In this document: piece by piece, positions 1 to 4,756 of the stretch
Layout of the letters: every line of letters begins with the position of its first letter
How positions within the stretch are numbered: position 1 is the first letter of the stretch
Virus record (IMG/VR): IMGVR_UViG_3300032303_001195
Coordinates: 28,157-92,156 of that record
Reading direction: 5' to 3' (one strand)
DNA: 64,000 nucleotides
DNA from: a virus
Lineage: Duplodnaviria > Caudoviricetes
Notes under the pieces: generated by a model
Told to the model about the DNA's origin: nothing
Databases searched by the model: none
What the model saw: the letters and a program-made list of their open reading frames with translations, nothing else
Position numbers and translations under genes: made by a program

Positions 1-44
1 CTACCGTGACAGGGTAGTGCTCTAACCAACTGAGCTACAGAGCC
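1..44 (-). tRNA. tRNA-Asp(GTC), 5' part (3' end runs off the window)
   Basis: Reverse complement reads GGCTCTGTAGCTCAGTTGGTTAGAGCA-CTACC-CTGTCAC-GGTAG: canonical D-arm and anticodon stem-loop with GTC. Confidence 0.9.
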
Positions 45-58
45 ATTGTCCTATTGTA

Positions 59-220
59 TCAGGCATACTCCCGAATAGCAACCTGCTTGATTGCCCCACG
101 AGTCCTCTGACGGTTAGGTCGATTGTCGTGAGTGGTAGCCGCATTGGAACTACGCAGACCACGCATAGCAACAATGTATGCGGTGTTCTGAATCTTCTTG
201 GGTGCTGTCTTTTTCTTCAT
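59..220 (-). CDS. small basic hypothetical protein (53 aa, MKKKTAPKKIQNTAYIVAMRGLRSSNAA...), leaderless
   Basis: Hand translation; ATG lies 6 nt after a TAGTAT -10. Confidence 0.75.
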   Translation of the reverse strand: MKKKTAPKKIQNTAYIVAMRGLRSSNAATTHDNRPNRQRTRGAIKQVAIREYA

Positions 221-226
221 ATCTCA

Positions 227-248
227 ATACTAGCAGTGACCACTGACA
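227..248 (-). promoter_or_regulatory. RecA-NDp/PafBC-type promoter
   Basis: TGTCAGTG-N8-TAGTAT. Confidence 0.75.
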
Positions 249-312
249 TTGGAGGCATTTTTAGTAATATACTTAATAACATTCCGATAACGGATCGGGG
301 CGCCGCCCCCCC

Positions 313-441
313 CTAAAAGGGAGGTCGGTTCAGTAGTGCCTCATATTCGGCTTCCTTGTATTTCGTGTACAGGTACAGAATCACAAGGGTGTCGAACAGA
401 ATCACGCCCATCATTATGACGAACAGCCAAAATAGGTTCAT
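313..441 (-). CDS. small membrane protein (42 aa, MNLFWLFVIMMGVILFDTLVILYLY...)
   Basis: Hand translation; TAATG coupling to the upstream gene; one hydrophobic helix; stop abuts a GGCGCC element. Confidence 0.7.
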   Translation of the reverse strand: MNLFWLFVIMMGVILFDTLVILYLYTKYKEAEYEALLNRPPF

Positions 442-629
442 TAGTTCTCCTCGAAGTCATAGCAAGCGTTGATAAATACATTGCGTTGGAATCGCTCATT
501 GTCCTTAGCAAACATATCTGCGAAGTCATGAACAAGGTCAAGCATACGCTGTTCGTTACTGATTGGCATATCACCAATAAAATCAGCAAGAATGCTAGCG
601 GTTTCCACATAGTCTTTGCGTGTCATCAT
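441..629 (-). CDS. hypothetical phage protein (MTRKDY... type)
   Basis: ORF track; AAAGGA RBS and its own promoter upstream. Confidence 0.8.
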   Translation of the reverse strand: MMTRKDYVETASILADFIGDMPISNEQRMLDLVHDFADMFAKDNERFQRNVFINACYDFEEN

Positions 630-658
630 TTTAGTGTGTCCTTTTCTTTGTTGGTTTT

Positions 659-680
659 AGTTTACAGCAAGCCACCGACA
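659..680 (-). promoter_or_regulatory. RecA-NDp/PafBC-type promoter
   Basis: TGTCGGTG-N8-TAAACT. Confidence 0.75.
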
Positions 681-845
681 CTACGAACCGTAGACGGTCA
701 GCAGTGTGCGGTAGCCATTGGCACGACCCTCGCACCACGAAGCCATGCCTTCCATGCCAGCCTCACGGTACATGATTACATCAGCCTCGTTTTGCTCGGC
801 AAGCCACTCAAGCGATTCGACTGGGATAGTGATTGTGTTTTCCAT
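681..845 (-). CDS. hypothetical protein (54 aa, MENTITIPVES...)
   Basis: Start reassigned to ATG 845 after the conserved RBS ACGAAAGGAAAACT. Confidence 0.8.
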   Translation of the reverse strand: MENTITIPVESLEWLAEQNEADVIMYREAGMEGMASWCEGRANGYRTLLTVYGS

Positions 846-868
846 AGTTTTCCTTTCGTTGTATAACA

Positions 869-890
869 ACTGTATCAGTACCCACCGACA
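869..890 (-). promoter_or_regulatory. RecA-NDp/PafBC-type promoter
   Basis: TGTCGGTG-N8-TACAGT. Confidence 0.75.
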
Positions 891-952
891 TTGCAGGGCA
901 TTTACAGCGTGTTTCGTATAACGGTTTGATAACAGTCGGGGCGCCGCCCCTG

Positions 953-1174
953 CTAGTTGTAGCCCTCTACCCAAATATTTTCCTCTAACAGCATGTCCAC
1001 ATAGTCAGCGAAGCCACAGCGGTATGCGATTGGGTCACAGTTCTTGAGAATGTCTGCAGGGTAGAACTCTGAGTAGCCAATGGTCACAATGCCATAGCAA
1101 TCATTTAGATATGCGTCATAGTCATCTCGGGCTTGTTCTTCGGACAGGATTTCGTGCTTTGCGATTTCGTTCAT
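953..1174 (-). CDS. acidic hypothetical protein (73 aa), leaderless
   Basis: ORF track; ATG 6 nt after a TATAGT -10. Confidence 0.8.
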   Translation of the reverse strand: MNEIAKHEILSEEQARDDYDAYLNDCYGIVTIGYSEFYPADILKNCDPIAYRCGFADYVDMLLEENIWVEGYN

Positions 1175-1180
1175 ATAATG

Positions 1181-1202
1181 ACTATAACACTACCCACCGA
1201 CA
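1181..1202 (-). promoter_or_regulatory. RecA-NDp/PafBC-type promoter
   Basis: TGTCGGTG-N8-TATAGT. Confidence 0.75.
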
Positions 1203-1217
1203 GAGGTCGGCGCCCCC

Positions 1218-1430
1218 CTAATATCCATAGTCTTCGTCAGTACCCCAGCCAGCAGAGGCAAGAGCATCTGCATCCCACCAAGACTCGTCTGGCTCGTAGT
1301 CCTGAGACTCAAGAGAGTTGCCAGAGATGTCCCAATAGGCTTCGGTGTCCTCAACAGTCCACTCATTGCCGAGGTCGTCAAGGTAGGCGACAATCTCGTT
1401 ACCCTCACCAAAAATAGGCTCAAAAATCAT
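1218..1430 (-). CDS. highly acidic hypothetical protein (70 aa, ends DADALASAGWGTDEDYGY)
   Basis: ORF track; RBS ACGAAAGGATAACT. Confidence 0.8.
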   Translation of the reverse strand: MIFEPIFGEGNEIVAYLDDLGNEWTVEDTEAYWDISGNSLESQDYEPDESWWDADALASAGWGTDEDYGY

Positions 1431-1455
1431 TAGTTATCCTTTCGTTGTTATAACA

Positions 1456-1477
1456 AGAATAGCAGGGGGTACTGACA
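1456..1477 (-). promoter_or_regulatory. RecA-NDp/PafBC-type promoter
   Basis: TGTCAGTA-N8-TATTCT. Confidence 0.7.
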
Positions 1478-1518
1478 CTCCTCCGTAATTCACTTGGTAA
1501 GCGGATCGGCGCCGCCCC

Positions 1519-1611
1519 CTACCAGCGGAAGTCTTCCTGTTCGTCATACCATTCCTGGTAGACGTATTCGGTTCCACAGCCACAGCAGGGGCGGTCTTCA
1601 CATGTACACAT
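1519..1611 (-). CDS. Cys-rich micropeptide (30 aa, MCTCEDRPCCGCGTEY...)
   Basis: ATG 1611 follows RBS ACGAAAGG and its own promoter. Confidence 0.7.
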   Translation of the reverse strand: MCTCEDRPCCGCGTEYVYQEWYDEQEDFRW

Positions 1612-1638
1612 AGTGTGCCTTTCGTTTGGAGTGATAAA

Positions 1639-1660
1639 AGAATAGCAAGGGCTACCGACA
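1639..1660 (-). promoter_or_regulatory. RecA-NDp/PafBC-type promoter
   Basis: TGTCGGTA-N8-TATTCT. Confidence 0.7.
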
Positions 1661-1816
1661 CTACATGTTTCTAGTGTCAGCCTCAGCCACGATTTCCGCA
1701 TCAGGGAACACCTTGATACAGGTGGCACACAGTGCGACAGGGGTTTCTCGCAAGAAGCCAAGCTCAATAAGGTACACAGCGTCTCGGTGCTGGCAGAATT
1801 CACATTCGGGGTTCAT
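1661..1816 (-). CDS. CxxC..CxxC zinc-finger miniprotein (51 aa, MNPECEFC...LCATC...IVAEADTRNM)
   Basis: Hand translation; conserved RBS; paralogous to 2117-2287 and 3842-3988. Confidence 0.8.
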   Translation of the reverse strand: MNPECEFCQHRDAVYLIELGFLRETPVALCATCIKVFPDAEIVAEADTRNM

Positions 1817-1837
1817 AGTTTTCCTTTCGTTACCACT

Positions 1838-1859
1838 AGACTAGCATGACCCACCGACA
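1838..1859 (-). promoter_or_regulatory. RecA-NDp/PafBC-type promoter
   Basis: TGTCGGTG-N8-TAGTCT. Confidence 0.75.
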
Positions 1860-1977
1860 TTGGGGAAAATTTCCGAGGCGTTTTAATGCGCTTACGTAAA
1901 CTGATTTTGGAATGGTCGGGCGGCGCCGACCCCACCGACATTTGTCAAGCGACACGCCGATCGGGTTGACTTATTTT

Positions 1978-2109
1978 TCAGGGGCAGAAGGTCGCCCAAA
2001 ACAAAAGAATAAACCAATAGGCAGAGTACAAAATAGCAAAAGCCATACCAATGCGAACAACTGCCCTAGCGATACCACGAACAACATAGTAAGTCTTTGA
2101 GTGATTCAT
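1978..2109 (-). CDS. small membrane protein (43 aa, MNHSKTYYVVRG...)
   Basis: ATG 2109 after AGGAG RBS; hydrophobic C-terminal half. Confidence 0.7.
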   Translation of the reverse strand: MNHSKTYYVVRGIARAVVRIGMAFAILYSAYWFILLFWATFCP

Positions 2110-2116
2110 TATGCTC

Positions 2117-2287
2117 CTAGTCTGCAATCGGGAAGATATCAAGAATCGGGAAGGCAGTTTCCAATTCATCGCACACGATAGCATCGTGGCACTGTTGACA
2201 GACAGCGACAAAAGTCAGTTCGACAATTTCGGTGTCATACTCCAAGACTTCACGAGCCTCACGGTAGTCACAGATTTCACATTCCAT
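2117..2287 (-). CDS. CxxC..CxxC zinc-finger miniprotein (56 aa, MECEIC...VCQQC)
   Basis: Hand translation; conserved RBS ACGAAAGGAAAACT. Confidence 0.8.
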   Translation of the reverse strand: MECEICDYREAREVLEYDTEIVELTFVAVCQQCHDAIVCDELETAFPILDIFPIAD

Positions 2288-2312
2288 TAGTTTTCCTTTC
2301 GTTTACGTTTTG

Positions 2313-2334
2313 ATTCTAACAGCACCCACCGACA
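2313..2334 (-). promoter_or_regulatory. RecA-NDp/PafBC-type promoter
   Basis: TGTCGGTG-N8-TAGAAT. Confidence 0.75.
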
Positions 2335-2370
2335 TTCACATACGCGACACGCCGATAACCCAGAAAAAAG

Positions 2371-2401
2371 TTATCCACATCTTAAATAAAAGTTATCCAC
2401 A
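2371..2401 (+). promoter_or_regulatory. pair of perfect DnaA boxes
   Basis: TTATCCACA at 2371-2379 and 2393-2401. Confidence 0.75.
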
Positions 2402-2439
2402 GGGCGGCGCCGCCCCCTGCGACATTTGTCAAGTCCTGG

Positions 2440-2799
2440 CTAGGCGTTTCGCAAATATTCCATTGCCCTAGCGATGCGGTCTAAATCATCTTGGAACACG
2501 CCCAAGCCACGGTTACAGTTGTGGCAGATGTGTCCACGGAATGCACCTGTACCGTGGTCGTGGTCTACTACCCACACCGATGCGTTGCCACCTGTTCCCT
2601 TTAGTTCATCTTCTGACTTCAGGCAGATAGGGCAGGTGTGTCCCTGTTCGGGGTAGCCATACTCTTTACGCAGAGCACGACGCTCACTAGACAACTTACG
2701 ACCACAGTCACGGCACTCAGGTCGCAGGTACTTGCCACCAGAGGCAGGGGAGAATGAAGCGTGAGGTAGGGACTCTTGGCACTTGGAACAGGTTTTCAT
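2440..2799 (-). CDS. endonuclease VII-like (His-Me finger) nuclease with N-terminal Zn finger
   Basis: CSKC...[31 protein letters not shown] motif; leaderless ATG 2799 is 7 nt after a TAAAGT -10. Confidence 0.85.
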   Translation of the reverse strand: MKTCSKCQESLPHASFSPASGGKYLRPECRDCGRKLSSERRALRKEYGYPEQGHTCPICLKSEDELKGTGGNASVWVVDHDHGTGAFRGHICHNCNRGLGVFQDDLDRIARAMEYLRNA

Positions 2800-2806
2800 A
2801 GGTTTC

Positions 2807-2828
2807 ACTTTACGCTAGGGTACTGACA
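2807..2828 (-). promoter_or_regulatory. RecA-NDp/PafBC-type promoter
   Basis: TGTCAGTA-N8-TAAAGT. Confidence 0.7.
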
Positions 2829-2891
2829 TTGTGGTAAGCGACACGCCGATTACAGGAAAATTTTCAAGGCATTTTAATGGATCTACGTAAA

Positions 2892-2910
2892 TGTGGATAA
2901 GTTATCAACA
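2892..2910. promoter_or_regulatory. back-to-back DnaA boxes
   Basis: TGTGGATAA 2892-2900 (perfect, reverse) and TTATCAACA 2902-2910 (1 mismatch). Confidence 0.65.
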
Positions 2911-3004
2911 GGCGGCGCCGATTTTTTTGGAATACGCAAACCGACACGCCGTGTATTCCAAAATTGGCATATGCGAGAGATCCCGATTTGGGGAGGGTAG
3001 TCTG

Positions 3005-3142
3005 CTAACTAGCAAACTCGCCCTCTTCACGCATGATAGCGAAACGCTCGCTAATCAGGCAAGGCTTACAGATAAGCCATTCACCATGTGCGGACACATA
3101 GACAGTCTCTACAGACTTTTCACAAACTTCACAAATTTTCAT
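3005..3142 (-). CDS. CxxC-x17-CxxC zinc-finger miniprotein (45 aa, MKICEVC...LICKPC)
   Basis: Hand translation; RBS AGAAAGGAAAACT. Confidence 0.8.
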   Translation of the reverse strand: MKICEVCEKSVETVYVSAHGEWLICKPCLISERFAIMREEGEFAS

Positions 3143-3159
3143 TTTGAGTTTTCCTTTCT

Positions 3160-3315
3160 TTACTTGAGAGCGTCAAGCATACGCTCGAACGCCTCTTCGG
3201 TTAGTGACACGGTAGCCATGCCGATTACGAATGGGTAAGCCTCTGTGCGAGACTTGAGGTTGTACTTAGCGACACAAGCGTCAAGCACCTGATTCATCAT
3301 TTCTGATTTTTCCAT
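3160..3315 (-). CDS. hypothetical protein (51 aa, MEKSEMMNQVLDAC...SLTEEAFERMLDALK)
   Basis: Hand translation; RBS AGAAAGGT. Confidence 0.75.
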   Translation of the reverse strand: MEKSEMMNQVLDACVAKYNLKSRTEAYPFVIGMATVSLTEEAFERMLDALK

Positions 3316-3337
3316 TTTAGTTTTACCTTTCTTTAGC

Positions 3338-3426
3338 GAGTGAGACTTATTTGCTCTGAGACTTATTTGCTAGGCTCACCTTTCGGATTATTTGCTAGGC
3401 TCATTCTCTGAGGCTCATTCTCACTC
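3338..3426 (-). ncRNA. candidate structured 5' leader RNA with three copies of an internal-loop module
   Basis: Closing stem GAGUGAGA/UCUCACUC, two UGAGCCUAGCAAAUAA repeats around CC-GAAA-GG, plus a split third copy. Confidence 0.6.
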
Positions 3427-3451
3427 TGTGTAGTTTTTATCTTATGTCTTG

Positions 3452-3480
3452 AGACTATCAGACATTATCTGAAAAGTCAA
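3452..3480 (-). promoter_or_regulatory. sigma70/SigA-type promoter with upstream GACAC box
   Basis: TTGACT-N17-TAGTCT; CGACACGCCG at 3483-3492. Confidence 0.7.
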
Positions 3481-3511
3481 GCCGACACGCCGTGTTTGCG
3501 AAAAAAAGTTT

Positions 3512-3619
3512 TTATTTCTTTTCTGCCATGAATGCGACCATCAAGCCAAGCAATTCTTCCTGGCTCATGTCTTCCATGTCCTGAACACCTTCGGTGGTGA
3601 TTACCTTCATGAAACCCAT
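3512..3619 (-). CDS. micropeptide (35 aa, MGFMKVITTEGVQDMEDMSQEELLGL...)
   Basis: Hand translation; RBS GAAAGGAG and its own promoter. Confidence 0.75.
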   Translation of the reverse strand: MGFMKVITTEGVQDMEDMSQEELLGLMVAFMAEKK

Positions 3620-3645
3620 TTGGTTTCTCCTTTCTATCTGTAAAC

Positions 3646-3667
3646 AGACTAACAGTACCCACCGACA
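3646..3667 (-). promoter_or_regulatory. RecA-NDp/PafBC-type promoter
   Basis: TGTCGGTG-N8-TAGTCT. Confidence 0.75.
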
Positions 3668-3724
3668 TTCGACCCCCTGTTTTTCCATCTAGGGGAAATT
3701 TTTAGGTAAACATAAGGTAAATTC

Positions 3725-3745
3725 TTATCCACAAAGTTATCCACA
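3725..3745 (+). promoter_or_regulatory. pair of perfect DnaA boxes
   Basis: TTATCCACA at 3725-3733 and 3737-3745. Confidence 0.75.
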
Positions 3746-3841
3746 GGGGGGCGCCGCCCCCACCGACATTTGTCAAGTCGACACGCCGTGTTTGTCAAAA
3801 TTAGTTTGTGGTCGATCCACGAGCCACCAACAGGCGACACC

Positions 3842-3988
3842 CTAGTTTCGGGTATCAGCCTCAGCGACTATGTAGTGAGGCGTAGTCATGCGAGACTCGC
3901 AACGCACACACACATAGGTAGGCATGGACTCCATCATCATCATGATTTCGAGAGTAGCCTCATAGTATTCACAGAATGTACAGGTCAT
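3842..3988 (-). CDS. CxxC..CxxC zinc-finger miniprotein (48 aa, MTCTFC...VCVRC...IVAEADTRN)
   Basis: Hand translation; conserved RBS; same C-terminal IVAEADTRN as 1661-1816. Confidence 0.8.
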   Translation of the reverse strand: MTCTFCEYYEATLEIMMMMESMPTYVCVRCESRMTTPHYIVAEADTRN

Positions 3989-4011
3989 AGTTTTCCTTTC
4001 TTTGTATTTAC

Positions 4012-4033
4012 AGTATGACATAGGGTACTGACA
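4012..4033 (-). promoter_or_regulatory. RecA-NDp/PafBC-type promoter (variant -10)
   Basis: TGTCAGTA-N8-CATACT with extended TG. Confidence 0.6.
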
Positions 4034-4234
4034 CTACAGTACGGTCACCTTGTTTCCAAGGGTAGCGTAGGCAGTAGTGCCATTAGTAAAAGTAACCTGA
4101 CAGGTAGTACCGTTCAGTCCTTTCACGTTAGCGATAACACCTGTGTAGTGAAACACAGGTCCAAACGGATAAGGCTTGTTGCTGAACGCAACACGCTTTC
4201 CGATTAGGGATTTGATTTTTTGAGTGTAAGTCAT
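4034..4234 (-). CDS. basic beta-rich hypothetical protein (66 aa)
   Basis: ORF track; RBS GAAAGGAAG. Confidence 0.8.
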   Translation of the reverse strand: MTYTQKIKSLIGKRVAFSNKPYPFGPVFHYTGVIANVKGLNGTTCQVTFTNGTTAYATLGNKVTVL

Positions 4235-4256
4235 GATTGACTTCCTTTCTTTTTAG

Positions 4257-4316
4257 GAGGGATTTATTTGCTAGGCTCATTCCCGATTGGGACTTATTTG
4301 CTAGGCTCACTCCCTC
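4257..4316 (-). ncRNA. candidate structured 5' leader RNA with two copies of the internal-loop module
   Basis: GAGGGA/UCCCUC closing stem; two UGAGCCUAGCAAAUAA repeats (4264-4279, 4294-4309) around a UCCC-AAUC-GGGA hairpin. Confidence 0.6.
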
Positions 4317-4329
4317 GTGACTTACTTAC

Positions 4330-4351
4330 AGTATCGCAGTACCCACCGACA
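4330..4351 (-). promoter_or_regulatory. RecA-NDp/PafBC-type promoter (variant -10)
   Basis: TGTCGGTG-N8-GATACT with extended TG. Confidence 0.6.
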
Positions 4352-4409
4352 TTGGAGGGCATTTTAGTAGGGGTTTCACCCTATTTTTAGGTTAACGTAA
4401 GTATAAAGT

Positions 4410-4430
4410 TCATCCACAGAGTTATCCACA
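4410..4430 (+). promoter_or_regulatory. pair of DnaA boxes
   Basis: TCATCCACA 4410-4418 (1 mismatch) and TTATCCACA 4422-4430. Confidence 0.7.
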
Positions 4431-4473
4431 GGGCGGCGCCGCCGCCTCAAACATTTGTCAAGGCGACACGCCG

Positions 4474-4578
4474 TTAGGCGTTCATTTTCTTTTTGGTCAG
4501 AGCTAGCAACTCTTCGAATTCCAATTCAGTCATGTACTCACCCTTAGCAATGAGCATGAGTTCTTGATAGCGTGACAT
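4474..4578 (-). CDS. micropeptide (34 aa, MSRYQELMLIAKGEY...)
   Basis: Start reassigned to ATG 4578 after RBS ACGAAAGGT and its own promoter. Confidence 0.75.
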   Translation of the reverse strand: MSRYQELMLIAKGEYMTELEFEELLALTKKKMNA

Positions 4579-4603
4579 TAGTTTACCTTTCGTTAGTGTT
4601 TTG

Positions 4604-4625
4604 ATTTTAGCAGGTGGTACTGACA
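4604..4625 (-). promoter_or_regulatory. RecA-NDp/PafBC-type promoter
   Basis: TGTCAGTA-N8-TAAAAT. Confidence 0.7.
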
Positions 4626-4703
4626 CTAGAGTCCGAATATCTTTACCAAGATAACGAACACGAGGGTTAGTACCGATACTGTGAATGAGACGATAGCGAG
4701 CAT
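4626..4703 (-). CDS. hydrophobic micropeptide (25 aa, MLAIVSFTVSVLTLVFVILVKIFGL)
   Basis: Hand translation; RBS GAAAGGT; fills the slot between two promoters exactly. Confidence 0.65.
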   Translation of the reverse strand: MLAIVSFTVSVLTLVFVILVKIFGL

Positions 4704-4734
4704 TTGAGTTATTACCTTTCTTTGTTATGACTAT

Positions 4735-4756
4735 AGTCAATCACTAACCACCGACA
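4735..4756 (-). promoter_or_regulatory. degenerate RecA-NDp-type promoter (first of the array)
   Basis: TGTCGGTG-N8-TTGACT; an alternative TATAGT lies 5 nt further on. Confidence 0.45.

Larger units (their letters stand above)
291..4445. repeat. dispersed GC-rich GGCGCC elements (9 copies) marking cassette boundaries
   Basis: GGCGCC cores at 299, 940, 1209, 1508, 1922, 2406, 2914, 3750, 4435, all intergenic, typical context (C/G)GGCGCCGCCCC. Confidence 0.8.

Noticed and set aside
128-4018. Plus-strand ORFs in the array (e.g. 486-866, 2891-3238, 3770-4018)
   Set aside because: They are antisense to minus-strand genes that have promoters and RBSs, and they cross regulatory motifs.
4128-4310. 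ORF with repeated MSLANKS peptide
   Set aside because: It is a by-product of the UGAGCCUAGCAAAUAA RNA repeat. It overlaps the better-supported 4034-4234 gene out of frame.
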